A DNA stretch of 64,000 nucleotides from Desulfobacterales bacterium (GCA_046483495.1 JAWODC010000001.1:109161-173160); one strand, 5' to 3'. Counted from the first letter of the stretch, positions 17,532 to 26,953 are shown. A program made the numbers and translations. The notes: generated from the sequence alone by a model not told the origin.

Positions 17532-19286
17532 TCACTCCTTTTCTTTTTTAAAGCCGTTTATTATCATCAGTACCGGCGCCGTAATCATGTGCAGCATCCG
17601 GCCAAACGGCAGATATGCGATAAAGAGTCCGGTGAACACGGCATGAACGTACCACATATATCCGTAAATGTCAGCAATTCCCGTCATTCCGGTAAACAGC
17701 AGGGCCGTTGCATAGCCCAGAAACGACCATTCGGCGCCGGCTGGAAATCCGGTCATAGCGATTCGCATCCCCTCGATGATGAATCCGACGATTACTATGG
17801 CCGAGAGGATCGAAATGCCGATCCAGTCCTGTCCGGGCATATGTTTGAACCCGGCGGCCGGTCGGCGGCTTTTCGAGACAGCGGCCGAAAAGGCACCGAA
17901 AATCACCATAAGGCCGGTAATATCGAACAAAAAAGCGCCGAACGGATGGTTTTTATCCAGCATGGCCCGCGTTAAATCGGTATTCGGCAGGGTTTTCGAC
18001 ATCACCAGTGCCGCAATTCCCCAGCTGAATCGAATGATAAAGGGGTAGAAAATCAGCGCGTGAACAGCCCACCGTCCGGGTGATTTGTAAAATAGTTTTC
18101 GCTGGCAGAGCACATCCCAGAATAATGCGCCGCAACCGGAAGCGATCCTGCGGAAAAAAATCGCGGGTATCGCCTTCCGGGTCCTTTCACCGGATTTTCG
18201 AGTGCTGTCTTCTTCGTGCCGATGGTACGTCAATCCAGCCGAAAACACGTAAAAAAAGGAAATCAAACCAAGGGCAAAAACAGCCAGCGAGGCAAGCGTC
18301 ACCCAATCACCGATCGAAAGTGTTGCGGTATGACAGGGCATGCAGATAATGCTTTTGGCGGGCAGCACCATGGCCGAAGCCCCCAGTTCATTGCCCGTAT
18401 AATGGCATCGCCTGCATGAACCCTCATCAGCGAGCCTCATCTCGTGGATGCTGCTTCCAACTCCGGAAGTGTAAGCCTTACGGTAGTGTACGATTCCCGA
18501 AACCGGGGCTTTAACGGGCATGACACCGGATAAATGGCATGCCCGGCACGATACCCGGACATGGGCGTCATGGAGGGTCTTTTCATCATGATAATCGTGG
18601 CACCGCCGGCAATCGGTCAACGGCTGTTCGCCATGACCGTATTCAGCGGATTCCGGGTGGCATGCCATACAGGAAAGGTCGGCATGGGCCGTGTCCGTGT
18701 ACCTCTCTGCATCGATCATCGGAAAGGCCGGATCGAATCGATCCCGGTTTGTTTCTGCATGACAGTAAAAACAGAATGCGGCGATGCTTTCGTTGCGTCC
18801 CGTCCCGGCGGGCGGCAGTTCATGACAAACCACACAGGATTGGTCGGAAGAATAGGGAGAAGGCAGCCGGCTTTCGCTTTCATGGCAGACACCGCATTGC
18901 TTGTCCACCGGCGCCTCGGGATCGAATTCGTCCGGTATGCCGAAACCCAATTGGTAATGCGGATCGTGGCAGGCCAGGCAGTTTTCAATGTCCTGCTCAC
19001 GTTGAACGGTCTTTCCACCGTGTTCACCGAGCGCAATGAAATCCGCCACCGCATCATGACAGGATGCACAGCTTTCCGGGCTGAAAAGATCCGCCGGGGA
19101 TTTCGTGACATTTGCCGGATCCGGATGGGACCCCGGATCGATATCGACATGGCAATCCGTACATGCCGTTTGGCCGTGCACAGAGACATGATAACGCTGC
19201 AAATCCACCAGCCAGGATCCGGAGGCATCCGGGCAGAAAAATATCGGCAATACGACAAACCAGCTGAGAACAACGCAAATTTTCAT
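17532..19286 (-). CDS. Multiheme cytochrome c (11 CxxCH) fused to a NarI/DsrM/HdrE-like membrane domain
   Basis: Signal-peptide-like N-terminus; CTDCH, CASCH, CLACH, CGVCH, CVVCH, CFYCH, CMACH, CRRCH, CRACH, CRRCH, CMPCH; then about 6 hydrophobic helices with WAVHALIF and WYVHAVF...YLPFGRMLHMI. Confidence 0.85.
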   Translation of the reverse strand: MKICVVLSWFVVLPIFFCPDASGSWLVDLQRYHVSVHGQTACTDCHVDIDPGSHPDPANVTKSPADLFSPESCASCHDAVADFIALGEHGGKTVQREQDIENCLACHDPHYQLGFGIPDEFDPEAPVDKQCGVCHESESRLPSPYSSDQSCVVCHELPPAGTGRNESIAAFCFYCHAETNRDRFDPAFPMIDAERYTDTAHADLSCMACHPESAEYGHGEQPLTDCRRCHDYHDEKTLHDAHVRVSCRACHLSGVMPVKAPVSGIVHYRKAYTSGVGSSIHEMRLADEGSCRRCHYTGNELGASAMVLPAKSIICMPCHTATLSIGDWVTLASLAVFALGLISFFYVFSAGLTYHRHEEDSTRKSGERTRKAIPAIFFRRIASGCGALFWDVLCQRKLFYKSPGRWAVHALIFYPFIIRFSWGIAALVMSKTLPNTDLTRAMLDKNHPFGAFLFDITGLMVIFGAFSAAVSKSRRPAAGFKHMPGQDWIGISILSAIVIVGFIIEGMRIAMTGFPAGAEWSFLGYATALLFTGMTGIADIYGYMWYVHAVFTGLFIAYLPFGRMLHMITAPVLMIINGFKKEKE

Positions 19287-20128
19287 TTGGACAAAAGCTC
19301 TTCCGCTCGATATGAACTCCTCACAAATGGACCGGCAAACACGTGTTCAAATCCCGTTTTACGCGCAACTGACGCCAGCATATCGAATTCTTCCGGTGGA
19401 ATATACCGCCTGACCGGTGCATGATCCCTTGACGGCGCCAGGTACTGACCCATTGTCAAAATCCGGCAGCCCGATGCGACCAGATCTTGAAAAACGTTCT
19501 CCAGTTCCGATGCGGTTTCTCCCAATCCGAGCATCAGTCCCGATTTCGTCCTTAGTCCGGCTTCGGCCGCCTGGGAAAGAACCGTCAGTGACCTGGCATA
19601 ATCCGCCTGTGGCCTGATCTCCCGGTAAAGGCGAGGGACCGTTTCCACGTTGTGGTTGAAGACATCCGGCCATACACGGCATATGGCTTCCACCGACGAT
19701 TGTTCACCTTTAAAATCCGGAATGAGCAACTCTACCGTCGATTCGGGCGACCGTTTTCTGACCGCTTCGACGGTCGACACAAAATGGCCTGCACCGCCGT
19801 CCGGCAGGTCATCACGGGTAACCGAAGTGATGACCACATGGGAAAGGCCCGCTGCTTTTACGGCCTGCGCCACATGCATCGGCTCCTTATCATCCGGCAT
19901 CAGCGGGGCCGTGGTATGCGGCACCGCACAAAACCGGCAGTTCCGCGTACAGCGGTCGCCCAGTATCATGAATGTGGCCGTTCCACGATGAAAGCATTCA
20001 CCGATATTCGGGCATTGTGCGCTCTGGCATACGGTGGCTAATTTCAGTCGGCTGAGCATGCTCTCCATGCGCGAAAGCGACGCGGCTGATGGGGCCGGCC
20101 GCTTCAGCCAAACAGGATGGCCCTTCAT
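19283..20128 (-). CDS. lipA: Lipoyl synthase
   Basis: TVCQSAQCPNIGEC, CTRNCRFC, TSVTRDDLPDGGA, NHNVETV, GPFVRSSY; start corrected to ATG 20128. Confidence 0.95.
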   Translation of the reverse strand: MKGHPVWLKRPAPSAASLSRMESMLSRLKLATVCQSAQCPNIGECFHRGTATFMILGDRCTRNCRFCAVPHTTAPLMPDDKEPMHVAQAVKAAGLSHVVITSVTRDDLPDGGAGHFVSTVEAVRKRSPESTVELLIPDFKGEQSSVEAICRVWPDVFNHNVETVPRLYREIRPQADYARSLTVLSQAAEAGLRTKSGLMLGLGETASELENVFQDLVASGCRILTMGQYLAPSRDHAPVRRYIPPEEFDMLASVARKTGFEHVFAGPFVRSSYRAEELLSK

Positions 20129-20159
20129 GTCACCTTCCCTCGCGCCACGGTAAACGGAC

Positions 20160-21536
20160 TCATTTTCGACGCCTCGGCAGATACAGTGCCCAGCCCTGAG
20201 CGTCCTGGCCCGCCATTGGGATCGTCTCCGAAAATGTGGGATGAACGGCCATGCAGTAGGCAAGGTCTTCGACCGTCGCCTCCATCTGCATGGCCAGCGA
20301 GGCTCCCCAGATCAGTTCTACGGCATTGCTGCCCACAATGTGAACACCCAGGATTTCGCCGTATTCGGCATCGGAAATCACCTTCACCATCCCTTCCGTC
20401 TCGCCGTAAGCCATGGCAACGCCGTTAACGGAAACCGGGCATTCTCCGATTTCGACTTCCAGGTCCTGATCATCGGCCTCTTCTTCCGTAATGCCGACGG
20501 AGGCGGCTTCCGGAATCGACCACAATCCGCGCGGCGCCAGGGAAGCATTGTATGTCCGGGACCCGCCCATGGCGTTTTCAGCAGCGGCGACCCCCATGCA
20601 GGTCGCCGCGTAACTGAGCTGCCATGAACCGGTGATATCGCCGATGGCATATATATGATCCGAACTCGTCTTCAGCGTATCATCCACCGCGATAAAACCG
20701 TTGTCATTCAATTCGACACCGGCCCTGTCCAGACCGATATCCACATTGGGCTTTCGGGATGAGACGAGCACCTTTTCCACTTCCACCGTTTTCGCTTCGG
20801 ACCCGGCCAGTTCGGCAGTGTATCCGGCCTTGCCCTTTTTTACGGCGCCGAGCGTGTATCGCGGCAAAAATTCGATGCCCTGCTCCCGAATCGCCATCGT
20901 CACACGTTGACTGACGGTGCCGTCCTCAGCCGGAAGGGCTCTGGGAGATTCGGATATCATGGTTACCTTGGCGCCGAAAGCATTTAAGATCAAAGCCATT
21001 TCCACTTCGATGGGTCCGGCGCCGATAACGAGAACCGACGACGGTACGGCCGTCATTTCCAGGACGTGGTCCGTAGTCATTGCCGCAGCATCGTCAAGCC
21101 CGGGAATGTCCGGCATATGAATGGCGGTCCCGGTTGCAATGATAATGGATTTTGTATTCAAAACCGTTTCACCGGCCTGGACCTCACCGGGACCTTTCAA
21201 TCGGCCGTATTCGGCTATGACATCAATTTTGTTGTTCTTGCATAATCCTTTCATGCCCATTTGAATATCTTCGGGCACGCCCTTTCGGCGCTTGACGATC
21301 GTTTCTAAATCCACACCGTTGACAGCCGCCTGTATGCCGAAATCACCGGCATGCTCGATGGTGCGCTTCATCCGCGCCGCCCTGTTCCATATCTTGGCCG
21401 GTATGCATCCCCGGTTTACGCATGTTCCCCCCATTTGTGCCGGTTCGAGTATGGCCGTTTTTCCGCCCAACTGCGAAGCCCGTATTCCCGCGGCATATCC
21501 TCCCGGTCCGCCGCCGATCACAATCACATCATACAT
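20160..21536 (-). CDS. lpdA: Dihydrolipoamide dehydrogenase (E3)-like flavoprotein with atypical NAD-binding motifs
   Basis: GGGPGGY, GGTCVNRGCIP, AIGD, HPTFSE; second dinucleotide motif reads GAGPIE. Confidence 0.88.
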   Translation of the reverse strand: MYDVIVIGGGPGGYAAGIRASQLGGKTAILEPAQMGGTCVNRGCIPAKIWNRAARMKRTIEHAGDFGIQAAVNGVDLETIVKRRKGVPEDIQMGMKGLCKNNKIDVIAEYGRLKGPGEVQAGETVLNTKSIIIATGTAIHMPDIPGLDDAAAMTTDHVLEMTAVPSSVLVIGAGPIEVEMALILNAFGAKVTMISESPRALPAEDGTVSQRVTMAIREQGIEFLPRYTLGAVKKGKAGYTAELAGSEAKTVEVEKVLVSSRKPNVDIGLDRAGVELNDNGFIAVDDTLKTSSDHIYAIGDITGSWQLSYAATCMGVAAAENAMGGSRTYNASLAPRGLWSIPEAASVGITEEEADDQDLEVEIGECPVSVNGVAMAYGETEGMVKVISDAEYGEILGVHIVGSNAVELIWGASLAMQMEATVEDLAYCMAVHPTFSETIPMAGQDAQGWALYLPRRRK

Positions 21537-21695
21537 AACTCACCTCGATCCCGTTAATTTCGACATATCCGTAAAGCCGCTTTCGTTCCTTGCGGGCCGG
21601 TCATGTCGATGGTGTTTTTTCATCATGCGTTTCGAAAACGCCCTACACCAAAACAGCCGGCTCCGAACTGAAATGCAGTTTCCGGACACCCGCCG

Positions 21696-22718
21696 TTACA
21701 TTCTCACCACAACTTTCACCGAACTGTCAACGCTGCACTGAATATCGAATGCTTCTTTTGCCTGTTCAATGGGAAATTCATGGCTTACAATTTTCATCCG
21801 GTCCACCTTCTTGTCCCGCATCAGTTCAAGCGCCCTTACCGCGTCGTCCGGGACGAACCCGTAGGAGCCGAATACCTTTACGTGTTTTGCCACCATCGGC
21901 ATCATCTCCAGTGTTACCGGGGCTTCAAACGCGCCATGAACCACGACGGTGCCGTATTCACGGGCAACCAGCAGCGCCTGTTGAAGCACCGGCGGTTCGG
22001 GCCTCTCCTGGATATACCCGACGCAGTCATATACAATATCCACCGCAGGGGATGTCATTGCGCCGCCGAGAATCGTAACCGGCACCTCGCCGGTAAGATC
22101 GACGGCCCGCTGATACACATCCTCTTTGGCGGCATTGACAACCTCATCCACCCCCAGGTCCCCGGCCATCGCCAGCCGTTTGTCCGAAACATCCACCATG
22201 ATTATCTTGCTCAATGCCGTTTCCATCACTGCGAGGGTCTGAACGATCCCCAGACCGATAATCCCGGCCCCGAATATCATGACGTTTTGTCCGTCGGCCG
22301 GGCTTCCCAACCATGCGGCATGAAGCGAATTGCCGAGGGGTTCCGTAGTCGCCGCTTCGACCCAGTTCACGGCATCGGGGATTTTATAGACGTTCAACCC
22401 TAAAAAAGCGGGGCTGACGGGCACATATTCCGCCATTCCGCCGAATGTCAGGGCGGTGACCCGATCCCCGACATCGATCCCGGAAACATCCTTCCCGACG
22501 CTCACCACTTCACCGGAAAATTCATGGCCGGGTATCATTCCACCGTCCGAAGGCCGGCAAAGCGCTTCGGCAAAAACGCCCAATCGATACATGTGCAAAT
22601 CCGATCCGCAAATGCCGCATGCATGGACCTTGACCAGGATGTCCGCATCGCCGATTTCCGGCATGGCCACCTCTTCGGTGGTGATTTTCTTCGGTTCATG
22701 ATAGATGACTGCCTTCAT
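21696..22718 (-). CDS. Zinc-dependent medium-chain alcohol/diol dehydrogenase (2,3-butanediol dehydrogenase-like)
   Basis: CGICGSDLH, GHEFSG, GDRV, EPL, GAGIIG; four-Cys structural-Zn lobe absent. Confidence 0.85.
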   Translation of the reverse strand: MKAVIYHEPKKITTEEVAMPEIGDADILVKVHACGICGSDLHMYRLGVFAEALCRPSDGGMIPGHEFSGEVVSVGKDVSGIDVGDRVTALTFGGMAEYVPVSPAFLGLNVYKIPDAVNWVEAATTEPLGNSLHAAWLGSPADGQNVMIFGAGIIGLGIVQTLAVMETALSKIIMVDVSDKRLAMAGDLGVDEVVNAAKEDVYQRAVDLTGEVPVTILGGAMTSPAVDIVYDCVGYIQERPEPPVLQQALLVAREYGTVVVHGAFEAPVTLEMMPMVAKHVKVFGSYGFVPDDAVRALELMRDKKVDRMKIVSHEFPIEQAKEAFDIQCSVDSSVKVVVRM

Positions 22719-22756
22719 CGTATCGTCCTTTCATTTATGGGTTCCGGTAGGCTGTT

Positions 22757-23440
22757 TTACAGGCGGCGCAAATCGTGCGTTTCGGCTTCCGGCATGAGGT
22801 GTGCCTGCACCTCGAAAACGGATGAAAATTCCCGGATGACAACACCGGCCACCTCATCCATATTCAGGTGCCGGTTCAGCTTTTTTTTCATGGATGTTAC
22901 GCCCTTGTCTGAAATGCCGCATGGGTGGATCAGATCGAAGTAGGACAAATCCGTATTCACGTTCAAAGCGAATCCATGTTTGGTCACCCATTTCTTCACT
23001 TTGACGCCGATCGCCGCGATTTTTTCATTTTCGATCCAGACGCCCACGTGTTCATCATCACGGCGCCCTTCAAGCGTGTAAGCACCAAGTGACCGAATCA
23101 CCACCTGTTCAAGATTTCGAATATACCGATGAATGTCATTTCCCCATCGGTTCAGATGCAAAATGGGATATCCCACGATCTGCCCCGGACCGTGAAGCGT
23201 AATGCTGCCGCCCCGATCCGTCGGAAAGACGGCAACGCCTTTTTGCTCCAGTACGGCCGTCGAAACAAGAATGTTTTGCCGGTCCGTACCCTTGGCCAGC
23301 GTCAGCGTCGGGGGATGTTCCAGAAGCAGCAGTGTATCGGGGAAATCCCCCTTTATCCGCATGGATTGGAGTTTATTCTGGAGTGAAAATGCAGCATCGT
23401 AAGCCATAACTCCGAGCCTGTAGACGTCCAGCATTTTCAT
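22757..23440 (-). CDS. lipB: Octanoyltransferase
   Basis: LLLEHPP, DRGGSITLHGPGQIVGYPI, KIAAIG, HGFALNV, IHPCG. Confidence 0.95.
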   Translation of the reverse strand: MKMLDVYRLGVMAYDAAFSLQNKLQSMRIKGDFPDTLLLLEHPPTLTLAKGTDRQNILVSTAVLEQKGVAVFPTDRGGSITLHGPGQIVGYPILHLNRWGNDIHRYIRNLEQVVIRSLGAYTLEGRRDDEHVGVWIENEKIAAIGVKVKKWVTKHGFALNVNTDLSYFDLIHPCGISDKGVTSMKKKLNRHLNMDEVAGVVIREFSSVFEVQAHLMPEAETHDLRRL

Positions 23441-23462
23441 GCGTTACCCCCCATCCGGTTTT

Positions 23463-24743
23463 CTACACCAGCAGGATGGGGTTCTGAAGGATTTGTCCAA
23501 ACCGCCCCAGGAACATGCCGGCCGGCACACCGTCGAGCACGCGGTGGTCAAACGTAAATGAAACCGGCATCATGGGCCGAATGACAATTTCGCCGTCTTT
23601 TACCACCGGACGGTCCATTATTCCGCCCGGCTGCAGAATCGCCGATTGGGGTTGATTGATAATCGGCGTTCCGAACCCCCATCCACCGCCCATGCCGCCC
23701 ATGCTGGTAATGGTGAACGTGCCGCCGAACACATCATCCGGCATGAGGTTGCCATCCCTGGCTTTCTGAACCGTCGCTTTCAGCTCCTGACTGATTTCGG
23801 ACAGGGACTTCTTGTCGGCATTCCTGATCACCGGTACGATCAAACCGCCGCCCAGCACATCCGCTCCCTGGAGCGCGACCGCTACACCGATATTGATGTC
23901 TTCCCAGACAACGACTTCGTTGTCGATGACGCTGGCATTCACCATGGGCAGCTCTTTCAAGACCTTGGCAGCCGCCTTGACGTAAATGTCGGTATAAGAA
24001 ATCCTCACCCCGAGGTTTTCTTCATTGGCGATCAATTCTTCCCTGAATTTTTTTAGTCCGGTCACCTCGAGTTCGGACATCGCGGTCAGCTGGGCCGCCA
24101 CCGTGAGACTCTGCACCATATGGTCGGCGATGGCCTTTCTCATTCCCCTGAGCTTCATTTTTTCTTTTACTCTGATGCCGCCGAGGGTGTCGGCAGCTTC
24201 CGCCACTGCTGAAGGGGCGGGTTCCGGTGCCGCGGCGGCCGGTTGAGACGGAGCGGCTGCCTGTTCGGCGATCGCCTTTTCCACGTCCTGCCGGGTTATC
24301 CTCCCGCCGGGTCCGGTGCCTTCAACCGTCGAAAGATCGACGCCTTTTTCTTCAGCCATTTTCCTGGCAACCGGAGATGCCTTTACTTTTCCGCCCTTTG
24401 CCGCGGGTTTTTTCGCCGCTGCTTCGTCGGCAGGCGCCGGCGCAGCCGCTTGCGGCGCGGCTGCGGCGGGCGCTCCCGACGCCTTCTGCAGTTCGGAAAG
24501 CTCTTCCGGTGACTGGGCGAGTTTGCCGACTACTGCACCGACCTTTTCCGTTTGATCGACGGGAACCATGATGTGCAGGTATCCTGCATCCGGCGATTCC
24601 ACTTCCCATGATGTCTTGTCGGTTTCAATCACAAGAATGACATCGCCTTCATTGACCTGATCGCCTTCATTGAATTTCCATTCCGTCAGTGTCGCTTCCT
24701 TCATACTCATGCCTAGTTTCGGAATATGAATTTCTACAGCCAT
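23463..24743 (-). CDS. Dihydrolipoamide acyltransferase (E2), single lipoyl domain
   Basis: ETDKT lipoyl site, Ala/Pro linkers, ASPVARK...[13 protein letters not shown] binding domain, [15 protein letters not shown]; start at ATG 24743. Confidence 0.93.
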   Translation of the reverse strand: MAVEIHIPKLGMSMKEATLTEWKFNEGDQVNEGDVILVIETDKTSWEVESPDAGYLHIMVPVDQTEKVGAVVGKLAQSPEELSELQKASGAPAAAAPQAAAPAPADEAAAKKPAAKGGKVKASPVARKMAEEKGVDLSTVEGTGPGGRITRQDVEKAIAEQAAAPSQPAAAAPEPAPSAVAEAADTLGGIRVKEKMKLRGMRKAIADHMVQSLTVAAQLTAMSELEVTGLKKFREELIANEENLGVRISYTDIYVKAAAKVLKELPMVNASVIDNEVVVWEDINIGVAVALQGADVLGGGLIVPVIRNADKKSLSEISQELKATVQKARDGNLMPDDVFGGTFTITSMGGMGGGWGFGTPIINQPQSAILQPGGIMDRPVVKDGEIVIRPMMPVSFTFDHRVLDGVPAGMFLGRFGQILQNPILLV

Positions 24744-24933
24744 TTGTAACGTTCCTTTCACGTAATCAGTGCCATATTGAAATGGCGTCTTTCAGCCTTA
24801 TGCGGCGTTTTTCCTGTTTGGTCCTCAGATAAAACGCATGTCGTTTACCGCAGTTTCAAATAAAGAACAGAGCCCTGCCCGGAATAAACGCCTGCCGTTT
24901 TAGACCGCTGTCGGCCGGCGTCCGTCTTTGCCG

Positions 24934-25896
24934 CTACCCGGTGACGGCCTTTACCGCCGCAGCGATCTGGTCCTGCTGCGGAAGCACAAACTGCTCCATG
25001 GCGCCGGGCGGAATGGGGTAGTTTTTGGCAGCCACACGCTGAACCGGCGCATCCAGGTAGTCAAATGCCTTCTCCACGATCTGCATGGCGATTTCTCCTG
25101 CGGCACCGCACCTCGAGGTGTCTTCATCGACAACAATCGCCCGTCCTGTTTTTATGACGGACGCGATGATCGTGTCGATATCCAGCGGCTCAAGAGAGCG
25201 TGGATCGATGACTTCGATGCTGACATCGTCCTTCATCTTTTCGGCGACCGAGAGGGCGAAATGCACTTGCATGCCTGTTGCCACCATGGTGACATCCGTG
25301 CCTTCCCGCTTGATATCGGCTTTGCCAAGCGGGACGACATATTCTTCTTCCGGAATTTCACCGGAAGTCCCCAACAGGGCCTTGTGATACAGGTATACCA
25401 CGGCATTATTGTCCCGAATGGCGGATTTCATCAGTCCCTTGGCATCGTAAGGCGTGGACGGCACCGCGATTTTAATCCCGGGCGTATGCATGTAATAAGA
25501 AACCGGCGCCTGTGAATGCTCGGCACCGAGCCCGAGGTATCCACCCATAGCCGCCATGAAAACCACCGGTATTTTCTGGGTTCCTTCATGCATGAACCGC
25601 CATTTTGCCGCCTTGCAAAGAATTTCGTCAAAGGCGATATACATAAAATCGGCGAACATAAAATCGGCCACCGGCCGATATCCGGTCATGGCCGAACCTA
25701 CCGCAGCGCCGGCAATGGCTGTTTCCGAGATGGGCGTATCCATGATCCGGTCCGCCCCGAACCGCTGCACCAGTCCGGCGGTGGTCCCGAACGCTCCCTG
25801 TTGAATACTTTCACCCAAGATAAATACCTTCTCATCACGCTCCAGTTCTTCGGCCAAAGCTTCGTTGACGGCCTGAACATATGTAATCTGTTTCAT
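24934..25896 (-). CDS. ThDP-dependent 2-oxoacid/acetoin dehydrogenase E1 beta subunit (copy 2)
   Basis: DTPISE, GYRPVADFMFADF, AEHSQ, PSTPYDAKGL, DPRSLEPLD. Confidence 0.93.
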   Translation of the reverse strand: MKQITYVQAVNEALAEELERDEKVFILGESIQQGAFGTTAGLVQRFGADRIMDTPISETAIAGAAVGSAMTGYRPVADFMFADFMYIAFDEILCKAAKWRFMHEGTQKIPVVFMAAMGGYLGLGAEHSQAPVSYYMHTPGIKIAVPSTPYDAKGLMKSAIRDNNAVVYLYHKALLGTSGEIPEEEYVVPLGKADIKREGTDVTMVATGMQVHFALSVAEKMKDDVSIEVIDPRSLEPLDIDTIIASVIKTGRAIVVDEDTSRCGAAGEIAMQIVEKAFDYLDAPVQRVAAKNYPIPPGAMEQFVLPQQDQIAAAVKAVTG

Positions 25897-25910
25897 CGTT
25901 ATTCCCCCTG

Positions 25911-26885
25911 TTATTCGGCATAGAGAAAATCATCCAGTATCGATGCATCTTTTGGAAGCATTTGCGGACATTGGGACTGGAATGCATCCAGCCGGGCGAC
26001 TTCGTCGTCGGCTTCCCGGTCGATCTCGTCAATCGCTTCTTCCGTCATGATCCCCTGTTTTATCAGCTTTTCTTTGAAGATGATGATCGGATCTCGTTTG
26101 CGCCAATCGGATTTATCTTCATCGGTTCTGGGTTTTGTGTGATCGACGTCCGGAACGCCCTCGGCATGGGCCCGCATGCGATAGGTTTTGCATTCGATCA
26201 AAGACGGGCCGTCCCCCGCTCTGGCACGGTCCACCGCAGCTTCGACGGCTTCATGAACGGCAAGCACATCCTGGCCGTCGACCACAATACTCGGCATGCT
26301 GTAGGCGGCGGCCAGGTCCGCAATATCCTCGCGGGCGAATGCATCGCGGATGGGCACAAACTGGCCGAACTGGTTGTTTTCGCAAATCCACACGATGGGG
26401 AGTTTCCAAACTGCCGCCAGATTCATGGACTCGTGAAGAGTCCCCCTTCCGGAGGCACCATCACCGAAAAAGCTGAGCACGGCCTGGCCTTTCTTGTTTT
26501 TCTGCGCCGTCAACCCCCATCCCAGGGAGAGAACGAAACCGCCGCCGATGGTTCCGCTGATTCCGAAAATGCCGCGTTCTTCAGCTGTCGGCCCCTCGAT
26601 TTCTCCTGGATCCTTATCGAAGTGCCGGCACACCCATCCTTTCGGCGAAATGCCCCTGGCGAGATAAAAACTGATCGCATGCCCCCGATGATGGGGGTAA
26701 AGGTAGTCATCCTCTCTCATATTGAAGGTGCAGGCACCTACGCCGACAGCCTCTTCGCCGACGCCCGCGTGATAAAATCCGGCCATTCGGCCGGAGTTGA
26801 GCGCCTCGACGAGGAGGGCATCCAATTTACGGGCACGGACCATCAGGGAATAAAATGTAACCAATTGCTCTTTTTCCAATTTCAT
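25911..26885 (-). CDS. ThDP-dependent 2-oxoacid/acetoin dehydrogenase E1 alpha subunit (copy 2)
   Basis: HHRGH, ThDP motif GDGAS...ENNQFG, DGQDV, TYRMRAH. Confidence 0.93.
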   Translation of the reverse strand: MKLEKEQLVTFYSLMVRARKLDALLVEALNSGRMAGFYHAGVGEEAVGVGACTFNMREDDYLYPHHRGHAISFYLARGISPKGWVCRHFDKDPGEIEGPTAEERGIFGISGTIGGGFVLSLGWGLTAQKNKKGQAVLSFFGDGASGRGTLHESMNLAAVWKLPIVWICENNQFGQFVPIRDAFAREDIADLAAAYSMPSIVVDGQDVLAVHEAVEAAVDRARAGDGPSLIECKTYRMRAHAEGVPDVDHTKPRTDEDKSDWRKRDPIIIFKEKLIKQGIMTEEAIDEIDREADDEVARLDAFQSQCPQMLPKDASILDDFLYAE

Positions 26886-26953
26886 GCTTCCCTCCTTTTT
26901 CGTGGGGTCTATCCAGGAGTGATCGATGCTTAAGCTTACAGCAGGAACAGGCC

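Noticed and set aside
20129..20263. 45-aa N-terminal extension of LipA in the ORF track
   Set aside because: Overlaps the lpdA 3' end; ATG 20128 has an RBS and gives a normal LipA N-terminus.
25962..26933. 323-aa plus-strand ORF
   Set aside because: Codon-aligned antisense of E1 alpha.
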